A stretch of DNA of 63,233 bases, counting the filler, from Octopus bimaculoides (lineage: Eukaryota), in assembly GCF_001194135.2 (NCBI RefSeq). It is 5 parts of 5 records of this genome, joined end to end, with 100 filler letters (N's around TTAATTAATTAA, not from the genome) between each part and the next. Parts side by side here need not be neighbours in the genome. Positions count along the whole stretch, not along the records: positions 1 to 15,324 come from NW_026375185.1; positions 15,425 to 30,582 come from NC_068983.1; 3 more parts are not named here. The stretch is one strand, 5' to 3'. The notes beneath the pieces are model-generated. The model did not search any database and was not told the DNA's origin. It saw only the letters and a list, made by a program, of their open reading frames with translations. Each line of letters opens with the position of its first letter. Positions within the stretch are counted from its first letter, which is position 1. Both the position numbers and the translations under genes were made by a program. Below are positions 11,384 to 23,284 of the stretch, piece after piece.

Positions 11384-12780
11384 CTAGCAGAAAAACTGCT
11401 GTTCAGCCAATTTTCTGCTGGCATATGTGTTGCACATACTGATATTATATATGCATCTAGATATGATACATAGATTATAGAGTAAATTGACAGGATCTTT
11501 TTTTTTTTTTTTTACTTATTTCAGTCGTTTGACTGTGGCCATGCTGGAGCACCACCTTTAGTCTAGTAAATCAACCCCAGGACTTAATCTTTGTAAGCCT
11601 AGTACTTATTCTATCGGTCTCTTTTGCCGAACCGCTAAGTTACGAGGACATAAACACACCAGCATCAGTTGTCAAGTGATGTTGGGGGACAAACACAGAC
11701 ACACAAACACACATACACATATTTATATATATATACATATATGACGGGCTTCTTTCAGTTTCCGTCGGCCAAATCCACTCACAAGGCTTTGATCGGCCCA
11801 AGGCTATAGTAGATGACACTTGCCCAAGGTGCCATGCAGTGGGACTGAACCTGGAACCATGTGGTTGGTAAGCAAGCTACTTACCACACAGCCACTCCTA
11901 CGCCTATATGCTCATGAATTGGACAAAGACTCTGTTATAGTTTATTCTGTAATCAGTAAAATAATCCACGACGCATTTAAAAAAGACAATAATGAAAATT
12001 GGAAAAGAGATGAGACTGTCAAGGGAAAATGTTTGTGAATCTTCACTTGGGTGAATTTGAAAATAGATTCTCCGGTGGGAATTAATGAATTACATTTATC
12101 AATATGAAGAGTTGAGTTTTACTATATTGTTGTTTCATTATATTCACTTATGGACGTCTTTAGTGTTTCTAGTGATCCTTTCCTAGGAATTAAAAAGAAA
12201 CTTAAATACATTTCAATTAAAAGAGAGTAACGAATGTCTCATATCACTGTAGAATTGTTTTGCAGACACAACTGTCAGCAAATGGACCATTTTCATTTAT
12301 CTCGCTTAACATTTTTATATTTTCTTGATGCTCTTGATAATGCAACAAACATCTGACCTTGGGTGAAGAATTGTTGGGAGGTGATATTATTAACTAAATA
12401 ATTTGAAGGTGGTACCCCAGCATGACCGCAGTGTAACACAGTTTGAAAATTAATTCTATTAGATAGGAATTATTGTTTTTATACTACGTAATACTTTTAA
12501 AAATAAAATATTTTGTTGTTTTTTTTCACTTTATTACATTTTTACGAACATGAAGAAAAGCTATTTGTTTACATATGGAATTCAAATGGAAGTTGACCTT
12601 TGAAATAGAAGCAAATCTTGTAATATTAAGCATTAGAATTTATGTTTAATAAACTTTATAATTGAAAAATTTTTTAATATTCATTTACAATTTCTTGAAA
12701 GTAATATGACTTTTTTTAATAATGTGGGGGAAAAAAAAAATGGTCACAGTCCTGCACTTCTTCAATCATTATGATATAGA
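11384..12780 (-). mobile_element. Non-autonomous Helitron inserted in the Tigger transposase
   Basis: 5'-TCTATATCATAATG...CTAG-3' on minus, inserted at A|T with no TSD, subterminal palindrome. Removal restores the transposase frame. Confidence 0.8.
11508..11905 (-). mobile_element. Full-length tRNA-headed SINE (family 1)
   Basis: Head GGAGTGGCTGTGTGG...GGTTCAGTCCC; tail CCAGCATGGCCACAGTC...GACTGAAATAAGTAAAA. Confidence 0.92.
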
Positions 12781-14049
12781 TTCCTGTTCTGAAATGTCAA
12801 TATTCTTGAAACAATGAGGTTTAAGACATTTTCCAATAAAAAGGGGTTTTACCTTCTCACCAGTTGCACATGTCAATAATATTGTAATTCTCTCTTGTAA
12901 TTCCTTTAATTTTGTATTATAATCGTTAGGAAAAACATAACTTTTAACTGGCAATTTCTGATAGAACAATGCAGTTTCATCTGTGTTTAAGATATTTTCT
13001 GCATTATATTCAAAAAGTTTGTCTTTGAATTTATCATGAATTTCATTTATTTCATTTTCTGACACGTCAACTTTAGTGCCAGTTTGAGTTTTAAATTTAA
13101 CATTATTTCTTTTTGAAAAAGAATTTAACCACCCATTACCGGTCTTAAACTCCTTTACACTGTTCTTTTTTGCAATTTCCTGAGCTTTTTGTTTGATTAT
13201 ATTCCCATTTATTGGGAATTTTAGTAAACTACGATTTTTAAGTTCTTCAATAAGTGATTCATCTACCTTGGTCTCAAATGGCTGTAGTTTTTTCATGTTT
13301 AAATTCTTCCCTGATTGAAGCATATCATTATAAGTACATATTATTTTTTAACTCATTTTTTAAGTTCGGATATTGTTGGTTTTGGTATGTTTCTCTTTTT
13401 CTTTACAAATGAAGCTTTGTGTTTTTGCAAATCATCAAGAATTTCCTTTTTAGTTTTGATAGAATATGCGTTCCATTTACATTTTTAAAATGAAAAATAT
13501 AATTTGTTAACAATTTCCAAGTAAACTTTAAAGATTTTGGAATAATAATAATGCTGTAAAAATAAAAACAAAAATATGAAGAATAGTTGTTTTGGAACCC
13601 TCAACAATGCAGATGGGTAAATCTCCAAGTAACAAAATCTGGTAGTGTTGAGAGAGGGAGATGTGAGAGGAAGCGTAGAAACGTAGAAAGAGACATAGAA
13701 GGTGTAAAAGAATGCAGATAAAGTGTAAAATCTAGTTTCACTTCTCTTGGATCGATTATTAAGCCAAAGTGTTTCCTTGACCTTTAAAATCTATTAGTGT
13801 TAGTGTTTTTATTGAAGACAAAAACAAAAAAAAAACATTTATTTAATGAAAATCTGCCAATAGCGAACTTTTCTTTGGAGTTCGTAATTGACAAGTTAGA
13901 CTGTATATACATGTCGAGATGGTTATATATATATACATATATAAGTTTATGCACACACACCCACAGTAGTGTTTATATGCGAAAGATGCACTTGAGTCTT
14001 AAACACTATGGATACACATAAAATAAATTTTCTCAAATGACCTGGAGGC

Positions 14050-14320
14050 TCCCTATAGGTAGTAGATACCTTCTGCTACCTAGGCGTCCTAATTAGCAGT
14101 GGAGGATATTCTGAAAGTATAGTTGTTAGAATAAGAATAGAATAGAGAGCTATTACCTCTACTGGCACCAAAAGGTTCCCCTTATGAAAGACAGATTGTA
14201 TGATGCTTGTGTATGAACAGTAATGCTACATGGTACTGAGACTTGGACCCTGAATGCAGAGGACTTGTGAAAACTAGAGAGGAATGAAGCTAGTATGCTC
14301 CATTGGATGTGTGCATGTGC
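14050..14320 (+). mobile_element. RTE LINE fragment (degenerate RT C-terminus)
   Basis: VVDTFCYLG..., similar to 21540-22260 and 25650-26070. Confidence 0.75.
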
Positions 14321-14973
14321 AATAATGTGCTAATTTTATGAAACTTCCCCATTTCTTTCTTGATCTACTGCCTGTATTCTCTCTTACACTCTCCTTGTAT
14401 TAGGTATCACTATAGAGCTCTGTAGAAGGGAGACAAGCACATTTTGACCACAAAAATAAAAATAAAATACAGTTTGCTTGGTCATATTCATGTCAAAATT
14501 CAGTTTTTCTATGGACAATTATATATCATTTTAAAGATCTTGATGTGAACTTTCTTCTCATATATTTTTGATCAAAAATCAAAATCCGACACTTACATAT
14601 TATGCTCAGTTCCCTCAATCACTCTGGTATTTCCATTTACAAAGTTTGTCCTGTTTTTGTTTTTTACTGCTGAACAGTAGACTTTGTTCTGGTTCAATGT
14701 GCTGGAGCACTATAACTTGATTTATGTTGAAAACAATGCAAGCATGAAGAGGACCATTTTTGCTTTATTTTGATATAAAAACTGATGGGGGTTGGTCAGG
14801 TAATTGTTATGAAATATAAAAGGGAAAATTTCATCATTACTTTTCACTTAGAGAAGAACATATTTCCTTCAAGATTTTTAGACTACAGTCTTACAAGAGG
14901 GAAAAATATCTCGCAGACTCAATATGGCCATTGCTGAATCTGGTGACGAGGTGGTGTAAAAGTGCAAAGACAA

Positions 14974-15300
14974 TCTATATATATATAAAAATGAGAATGT
15001 GTGTCTGTCTGTCTGTCTGTCTGTGTGTTTCCCTAAAACTCGAGAACTACACAACCAATTTCATTCAAATTTTACACATGTCTTACTTAGGGTACCGGTT
15101 GTGTTTTAGTCAAAAAATTTTTTTAACTTCTTGCATAGTTCGAGCCCACAGCAACATCATATCTCCTCCACTATTTAAGTATTACGTGTCAAAAGTGAAA
15201 CAAAAACACTCATGTCAAATACTTTCATTTTAAAAATGAAACTATTCCACTAACTGAAACAATCACATTTCGATACTGTAATGACAGATACTTTCACTTT
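14974..15300 (+). mobile_element. Non-autonomous Helitron 5' part
   Basis: A|TCTATATATATATAAAAATGAGAATG followed by (GTCT)n. Confidence 0.6.
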
Positions 15301-15424
15301 AATGGTGTGTGTATGTATATATATNNNNNNNNNNNNNNNNNNNNNNNNNNNNNNNNNNNNNNNNNNNNTTAATTAATTAANNNNNNNNNNNNNNNNNNNN
15401 NNNNNNNNNNNNNNNNNNNNNNNN

Positions 15425-15676
15425 CTGGCTCTTGTGCGGGTGGCACATAAAAGACACCATTTCGAGCGTGGCCGTTTTCGTGTGGGTGACACGTAAAAGC
15501 ACCCACTACACTCTCTGAGTGGTTGGCGTTAGGAAGGGCATCCAGCTGTAGAAACTCTGCCAAATTAGATTGGAGCCTGGTGTAGCCATCCGGCTGCACC
15601 AGTCCTCAGTCAAATCGTCCAACCCATGCCAGCATGGAAAGCGGACGTTAAACGATGATGATGATGATGATGATGA
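15425..15676 (+). mobile_element. Retroposon 3' end (RTE-type tail) ending in (GAT)n
   Basis: TTGGCGTTAGGAAGGGCATCC...CCATGCCAGCATGGAAAG...(GAT)n; second copy at 26570-26780. Confidence 0.75.
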
Positions 15677-15710
15677 TATATATATCAAATGATTGATACG
15701 GAAGATGGAA

Positions 15711-16112
15711 TGTAACTAGAAGCTTTATTAGCCCAACAATCATTTTGGCTTCATTCTGCACTACTCCCTAGTGGATATGGGACAATGTAATGACATCAGA
15801 TGCGATGCACAGTGCAAGGAACCACAGCAGATGATATAACAAGCTTCAAAAGTTGTAAGATTTACATCTCGTTTTTGGTCCAAGATTATATGCTGATGGT
15901 GCACCTGAATTGCTAGCAACTCACCATCAACATATAACCTCGGAGTGAAAACAAGATGTAAATCTTATGACTTTTGAAGCATGTTACATGACCTGATGAG
16001 GCTCCCTGCACTGTATGTTGCATCTGATGTCATTACATCATCTCACACTCACTAGGGAGCAGTACAGAATGAAACTGAAACAATTGTTGTACTAATAAAG
16101 TTTCTAGTTACA
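15711..16112. mobile_element. Foldback MITE-like palindrome
   Basis: TGTAACTAGAAGCTTTATTAG...CTAATAAAGTTTCTAGTTACA termini, with inverted similarity continuing through most of the length. Confidence 0.8.
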
Positions 16113-16374
16113 CTCTGTTTTCCATATCAATCATTTAGAATATACCTAATGTACACCTAGGAATTCCAGATGTTGATCCAGCAATGAATGCACAGTAATG
16201 CCAATGATGCCCGGTAGCCATAAGTAGTGAAAGTGCTCCGCAGGCACACTATTTAGGACTTGCCCAAAACAAGGTTTGGATACTGCATGAAATGCCTCCT
16301 TTTGAAACCTTAATTTTTTATTTAAAATTTTTTAACTTTCATATATATATAGGCAGACATGGCAGACTGTCAGC

Positions 16375-17350
16375 TCACCCCCATTCCAGTTTTTTTTGTT
16401 TTTTTTACAGCAACCCACATTTTCGGCTACAGATTATGAATCTGTAAAAAAAATTTTTCATTTCAAAATTTAACCACCCCCAACCTCTCCAAATTTTCAT
16501 TTTTCACTTTTTTCAGAATTTTTATTTGTCAAAATACATGTTAAAATACAGAGATTATGATTCTGAAAAATTTTTTTTTTTAAATTTCAATTTTTCAAAA
16601 AAAACAAAAAAAAAACTAACCCCCTCCCCCACCCCTCGCAAGTATACAGCATATACAGGATGCTTTTACACTCTTTAGGTCATTGCACATGCATAGGAGT
16701 TTTCCAATCCATGCATCAAATAGGCTTTCAAGCAGTCTCTCCAAATGCTAGAAATAACAGCCAAATCTCCAACAAACTCTACCAGAAAAATGGATATTTT
16801 TAATAAAATTTTCTACAATATATTCTTCATACAGTGTAAACTTACAAAAAAATGAGTTGCGCATTTGTGTGAATTCAAAACCTATATTGTTTAGCTATTT
16901 GAACATGTAAATGTTCAAACTTTCTATTGGGGGTACCTCTTTTTGTCCAACTTGACACCACCCGATACCCTTGACAAAAATCGGCATTTCAAAATTTCAA
17001 TTTTACCCTCAACCCACCTAATTTCTTTGTGTTTTACATTTTTCAGAATTCTTATGGGGCAAAATACATAGAAAATTTATTGGATTACTATGTTTTACGA
17101 TTTTGCAAAAATATATATATTTCAATTTTACCCCACCCCTCACCACACTTTTTTTTCTTTTTTAACTTGTTTAACTTGATGAACCTATGTGTAAAGGTTG
17201 ATTAATTGGTGAAATTTGAATTTGTTTTTGCAAAATGAAATGAAAAATCTTTTTTAAAGTTACTGCTTCAAAAAAATTATGGTGGAAAATTAGGTAGTGG
17301 GGATTCCGAAGAAGTACTGAAATGACAAGAAGTGTGGTGAGTGGTGGGGT
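16375..17350. repeat. Modular A-tract/C-tract repeat region related to 7521-8050
   Basis: Shared ACAGAGATTAYGAATCTG-like motif at 16429 and 16548; C-tracts; TGCTAGAAA(T/C)AACAGCCAAA core near 16746. Confidence 0.55.
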
Positions 17351-17363
17351 GAAATTGTAATAA

Positions 17364-17570
17364 CATTTAATTAGTTAAATCATTGGTTGTTTGATTAACC
17401 ATTAAATCAGTCAATTAGGTTTGTTAAAGTTCTTTTGTCACCATTTGCAACTGAGAGTTTATGTCATTCATAAGGTCATGAATGACTATGAAAGGACTTT
17501 GACAAACCTAATTGATTGTTTGATTGACCAAATGGTTAATCAAACAATCGATTAGTTAATTGTTTAAATG
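17364..17570. mobile_element. Short foldback palindrome (MITE-like)
   Basis: Perfect inverted arms 17387-17403/17531-17547 and 17412-17424/17502-17514. Confidence 0.75.
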
Positions 17571-17722
17571 ATTAATCAATCAATTAAACATGATAAAAGA
17601 AGTGAAATAGAACCAGTGTATATATATGATTTTTTGGCATAACTACCCTCCCAAGACATACCAAAATATAATTTAATTATGAACTTGAATCTAATGTTAC
17701 CTTCCTGTTAAAGTATATTGCT

Positions 17723-18112
17723 GTGGAGGCACAATGGCCCAGTGGTTAGGGCAGCGGACTCGCGGTCATAGGATCGCGGTTTCGATTCCCAGACCAGGCG
17801 TTGTGAGTGTTTATTGAGCGAAAACACCTAAAGCTCCATGAGGCTCCAGCAGGGGATGGTGGCGAACCCTGCTGTACTCTTTCACCACAACTTTCTCTCA
17901 CTCTTACTTCCTGTTTCTGTTGTGCCTGTAATTCAAAGGGTCAGCCTTGTCACACTTTGTCACGCTGAATATCCCCAAGAACTACGTTAAGGGTACACGC
18001 GTCTGTGGAGTGCTCAGCCACTTGCACGTTAATTTCATGAGCAGGCTGTTCCGTTGATCGGATCAGCTGGAACCCGCTACGTCGTAAGCGACGGAGTGCC
18101 ACCACCACCACC
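17723..18112 (+). mobile_element. Full-length tRNA-headed SINE (family 2)
   Basis: A box TGGCCCAGTGG, B box GTTTCGATTCCC, body shared with 34160-34335, (CCA)n tail. Confidence 0.9.
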
Positions 18113-18724
18113 AAAGTATATTGCTATCAGTTGAAACAGTTCAATATAAGATAGCCTGTTTTATGTTATGTCCAAATTTATATTACACCTTCTTGACCAT
18201 TGGTTACCATGCAGTTAATCCTCAAAGTCCCTACAGATGCAGCACCTTGCAATCTTTCTAGTGGTTTCACATTCACACTTCATAAACTGCAAAGATTAAC
18301 TTGCTGCTCCTGAACCAAGGAATACATCTTTGAGGCGTGTCGTGAAATTGAAATGAAAAATTATTTTTGCAAAATTGTAAATTCCAATAGTGTAAACATG
18401 ATAAACTGATAATGTGGGTTTCTGTAAAAAAATAAAACTTGCTTTGCCTGGCCTCTTGTACCAGCAAAACCAGGTGCTTGGCTCATACAAGTTAATCCAT
18501 AAGCAGCCTGAAGCATTTCATAAGTCTCCACAGCACTTTTGCCCAGTCTAACAAAGCTTTATTGTATAGTGAGCTTCCGAATTGTCTTCACATCCTGACT
18601 GCATTCTGCAAATTAGTCAGCTGTGACAAGTAGTGTTTTAGTAGTAAGGTGTGTTCAAAGTGCTGCTATAGTTGTCACTTTCAATCTGGTAAAACAAAGT
18701 AAAGCAGGTCAGCTTAGATATATA

Positions 18725-18835
18725 GTAAAAAATACTATACTAAAATTACAGTATACTAAGATTATATACTAAAATACTATACTAAAATACTATACTATAC
18801 TATATACTAAAATACTATACTAAAATTACAGTAAT
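18725..18835. repeat. AT-rich minisatellite (ATACTAAAATACT-like units)
   Basis: Directly visible tandem units. Confidence 0.85.
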
Positions 18836-18904
18836 CTAGAACACTTATAACTGCCACTCCTAAAAGAAAGTCTTGACACATCTGGAATGCACATCATACA
18901 TGCA

Positions 18905-18935
<31 letters not shown>

Positions 18936-20044
18936 GCTTTGAAATCAACACATCCACAGAAACAAGCCAATGGGGTAGTCCTGCCAAACTGAACGCATGG
19001 TGTTTACTGATATGGATTGGTCAATGATCAAAGCTTCAGCAAAACCAAACGTATTCATTACCATCTTTACTGCAAAAGCAGCAAAGTGACTCAAGGGTAG
19101 AAAGTTTTGTGTGTTGGCGCTTATCACAAACCTTGATAAGTACCAATGCACAAAAATCTCAGCCCATGAGTCACTCTTGCTTCTGCTAAACATCAAATAA
19201 AAATATACATATACTCATATGTTGAGTTTTGTTTTTCCTGTTTGCGTCACCATGCATACATTTACACAAATACACACAATCCAAGATGATTATGTTGAGG
19301 GAGAGGAACAGGTAAAATGTACACTACAAATGTTTCTTAGGTATCTGGAGCTTGCAATGCATTTGCTATTCCCAGTTTAGCTAATCGTCATACTTAGATT
19401 ATCTTAGTGAAACGAAGGTTACATTGTCGATCAGAATTTCTACAACAGCCACAACACAATGGTGAGTTCAACTGAATAGAAAAGCTAGTGGTAAAAATAT
19501 CAAGAAAAACATATAGAAAGCTAGTGAGTGATAAAGCAATGGGTGAGACCCAAAATATGCAAAAGTAAGGGTGGTTCTAGAGTTGAGAAGAAAGAAAAGG
19601 AGAAAAAGAAGAGGAAGAAAAAAGAAAAGTATTATCATTATGGGGAGAGTATTGTGGTCATAAGCATCTATTCAAGATGACAAAATTTTGCTGGTAGCTA
19701 GAATGCTGTCATAAAAGTATATATGGGTGTGGCAGAGTTTGAGTTGTTCGTTCATAGAACACAAAACACCAGTACACTGGTATGACTACCTACTTTACAA
19801 TACATTCATCCCAACACTCTGCACACACACAAATACACGTGTGCTCACACACTTGCATTCACACTAACTAATAGACACATAAAAATACTTTAGGGTATCT
19901 GAACACTGTATGTTTATAATCATGCAGGCACATACACATATATACTTAGAGTAACACACATATATGCACAACTACACATAGATATACTCAAATATTTGTA
20001 CACTCAGGCATATATATATCTCTACATACACACCCATACACACA

Positions 20045-20079
<35 letters not shown>

Positions 20080-20249
20080 NNNNNNNNNNNNNNNNNNNNN
20101 NNNNNNNNNNNNNNNNNNNNNNNNNNNNNNNNNNNNNNNNNNNNNNNNNNNNNNNNNNNNNNNNNNNNNNNNNNNNNNNNNNNNNNNNNNNNNNNNNNNN
20201 NNNNNNNNNNNNNNNNNNNNNNNNNNNNNNNNNNNNNNNNNNNNNNNNN

Positions 20250-20378
20250 GGTTCAGTCCCACTGCGTAGCATCTTGGGCAAGTGTCTTCAACTATAGTCT
20301 TGGGCTGACCAAAGCCTTGTGAGTGGATTTGGGAGACAGAAACTGAAAGAAGCCCGTCGTATATATGTATATATATAC

Positions 20379-20414
<36 letters not shown>

Positions 20415-20630
20415 ATTTGTGTGTCTGTGTTTGTCCCCCTAGCATTGCTTGACAACCGATGCTGGTGTGTTTATGTCCCTGTCACTTAGCGGTTTGGCAA
20501 AAGAGACCAATAGAATAAGTACTAGGCTTACAAAGAATAAGTCCCAGGGTCGATATGCTCAACTAAAGGCGGTGCTCCAGCATGGCTGCAGTCAAATGAC
20601 TGAAACAAGTAAAAGAGTAAAAGAGTAAAA
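20250..20630 (+). mobile_element. SINE family 1 (head lost in gap)
   Basis: From GGTTCAGTCCC to the (AAAGAGT)n tail. Confidence 0.92.
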
Positions 20631-20684
20631 GATAGATGCATACATACATAAAATTTAACATAAACAGTCTGGCACAATGCGATA

Positions 20685-21379
20685 CAATAAAGGAAAAATT
20701 CATTCATTACTAAGTGTAACTAAGGGCACCAAAGCACCTATGTTGCTAGAAATAAGTGTTAACATACACTTAATTCTGTTAGAAGAGCACAACTATATAC
20801 ATATACTGACAGAAGGCAGGGTAACTGTCCATGACTATCTCAAGGATCAACCCAACTAGGCCTAGTTTTGCCTATACCATAGGCATCGTCAGTGGTAACT
20901 ACTTGAATGGCTCATGGTTGGCTAATTTTTGCGCTCTTCTTACAGTATTGAGAGTATGTAACTCTTATTTCTAGCAATGTAGGTGCTTTGGCACTCTTAG
21001 TAACACCTGGTGAAGACTGAATTTTTCCATTATGGTATCATATTGCGCCTTGCTGCTTATATTAATTTCTAGCACACACATTAGCATTTTGCTAAATCAG
21101 CCATAAATTTTTATGATGAATATAAATATGCTGGCTGATAGAATTAGCTGATCATGAGCGATTTGAGCAGTCACCACTGATGATGCTTATGGTGTAGGTG
21201 TAACTCGGTCTAGTCTGGTTAATCCTCAAGATGGTGATGGGGCAGTTACCTCCCCTGTCAATATATGTATATATTTGCCATCTTCTTACAACATTAAGAG
21301 TATGTTAACTCTTATTTCTAGCAATGTTGGTGCTTCAGCACCCTTAGTCACACTTAGTGATGATTGAATTTTTCCTTTA

Positions 21380-21382
<3 letters not shown>
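20685..21382. repeat. Three copies of a ~105-bp motif (one inverted)
   Basis: Core TTATTTCTAGCAA...GGTGCTT...TGAATTTTTCC at about 20685-20790 (-), 20930-21035 (+), 21280-21382 (+). Confidence 0.85.
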
Positions 21383-21411
<29 letters not shown>

Positions 21412-21539
21412 CTAGATGTAACTGCCATGACACTTTGGGTCACAACCACTCCAAGTTAAAAATGTCAATGCACAGCAGGAAAGGGAAAAATACTATTTTG
21501 AACTTCATGCACGGATGCCAGTCATTGAATTTGATTTTG

Positions 21540-22260
21540 ATTTCACTTGACTCAACAGGTCTTCACAAGCAGAGTTTAGTGTCCAATGAAGGAAAGGTAT
21601 GCATAAGTGGGCTGGTTACACTCCTGGCATAGGCTACAGGTTATGGTCTCACTTGGCTTGCCGGGCCTTCTCAAGCGCAGCATATTTCCAAAGGTCTCGG
21701 TCACTAGTCATTGCCTCAGTGAGGCCTAATGTTCGAAGGTCATGCTTCACTACCTCATCCCAAGTCCTCCTGGGTCTACCTCTTCCACAAGTTCCCTCAA
21801 ATGCTAGGGTGTGGCACTTTTTCACACAGCTATCCTCATCCAGCACAGTTGTCTCTCTTGCACACCACATCTGATGCTTCTTAGGTCCAACTTTTCTCTC
21901 AAGGTACTTACACTTTGTCGAGTATGCACACTGACATTACACATCCATCGGAGCATACTGGCTTCATTCCTTGCAAGCTTACGCATGTCCCCAGCAGTCA
22001 CGGCCCATGTTTCACTGCCATGTAGCATGACTGTTTGTACACATACGTCATACAGTCTACCTTTTACTCTGAATGAGAGGCCCTTTGTCACCAGCAGAGG
22101 TAAGAGCTCTCTGAACTTTGCCCAGGCTATTCTTATTCTAGCAGTTACACTTTCAGTGCACCCATCCTCGCAACTGACTTGGTCACCTAGGTAATGGAAG
22201 ATATCAACTACTTATAGTTTTTCTCCCTTGAATGTGACAGAAGTTGTTCTCTGCACATTT
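21540..22260 (-). mobile_element. RTE LINE 3' end (RT C-terminus plus 3' UTR)
   Basis: KGLSFRVKGRLYDVCVQTVMLHGSETW...MLRWMC...GRGRPRRTWDEVVKHDL...DRDLWK. Confidence 0.92.
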
Positions 22261-22359
22261 TCAGTGTTTATTGCTCAAATTTGCAAGTGGTCTGTCTCTG
22301 AGAACTATTCTCTTGGACCTCTGTGTAATCCGGCATGCTAAATGTTGTTTTAATGATTC

Positions 22360-22640
22360 AGCATTACGTGCTGCAGCATGCCTTTTCTGATCTTGAGAAA
22401 GTCTCATCTCCCTTTTGTTTCGAGACTCTGTCAGATGTGCTGCAACATGATTTTGCTGATGTTGAGAAAGTCTCCTCTCCCTTCTATCTTGAGACTGTCT
22501 TTGATGTGCTGCAGCATGTGTTTGGTGATCTTTGGAAAGTATCATGTCTCTTCTGTGTTGAGACTCCATCTGACATGCTGCACCATGCCTTTGCTGCTGT
22601 TGAGAAAGTCTTATGTCCCTTATCTTTTGAAACTCTCATG
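22360..22640 (-). repeat. Four 69-bp (23-codon) tandem repeats encoding STPR-like units
   Basis: Units such as ESRNKREMRLSQDQKRHAAARNA and RQSQDRRERRLSQHQQNHVAAHL. Confidence 0.8.
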
Positions 22641-23284
22641 TTCAGTTTTCTGCACTCCTCCTTGCTTTATAGGTGTTTCTGCAGAGAATAGATTTTTTTC
22701 TTTTGTGGCATATTTTTTTCAATATTTTAAACAAAAAATTATGAACATAGAAAAGAATATACATTATTCTCTATTTTTGTAAGTACTTATATATAGTATG
22801 TCTATATTTTTGAATGCAGTGTAAATTAAGCAAATATAAGCAAATTCTAAATACCTTGCGACCTTGCAACTGCTGCAATAATTATGAACTGCTAATTGAA
22901 CGATATAACTTGGACCTTCCACGTAATTGGTTTTGTCAAGAGTTTCACCTCCAGTCATTCTCATTACATATGTCTATGTATGTGTAGATGTGTCTGTGTA
23001 ATTAATAACATATGTAATGGGCGTGCAAACACATACTCACAGATACATACACATTCATATACAAAATGTGTGATATGCACACATACACTCTCACATACAG
23101 TCACATATAGTAAGAGAGACACATATAGACATACATTTAAGCATATCAGTTGTCACATGTGTATATGTATGTGTAGATGTGTGTGTGTGTTTAATAACCT
23201 ACCTAACGTGGATATACACACACAATCAGAGAGATATACTCATACACCTACACACATACATTCAGAGACACATACACACTCATG

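Larger units (their letters stand above)
10900..13480 (-). mobile_element. pogo/Tigger transposase pseudogene (CENP-B HTH plus DDE), interrupted at 11384-12780
   Basis: INGNIIKQKA...GNGWLNSFSKR, ILNTDETALFY, ERITILLTCATGEK; after the insertion WMT...RKVLLLLDNAACH. Confidence 0.9.
21412..22988 (-). mobile_element. Helitron remnant with STPR-like repeats, interrupted by an RTE LINE
   Basis: CTAGT 3' end at 21412, 69-bp coding repeats at 22360-22640, and a TCTACA...AATGAGAATG 5' end similar to 14974. Confidence 0.45.

Noticed and set aside
15369-15380. TTAATTAATTAA between N runs (also 30627-30638, 53242-53253, 60688-60699)
   Set aside because: An identical all-frame stop linker inside gaps; a scaffolding artefact.
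15990-16010. CTGATGAG as a hammerhead ribozyme core (also near 35097)
   Set aside because: No stem II and GAAA follow.
17723-17800. tRNA gene
   Set aside because: A and B boxes continue into a SINE body and no cloverleaf 3' end is present.
18725-22640. CRISPR-like repeat arrays
   Set aside because: The repeats have no unique spacers, there are no cas genes, and the context is eukaryotic.
22335-22691. Plus-strand repeat protein VLQHAFSDLEKVSS...
   Set aside because: Antisense reading of the STPR-like repeats.
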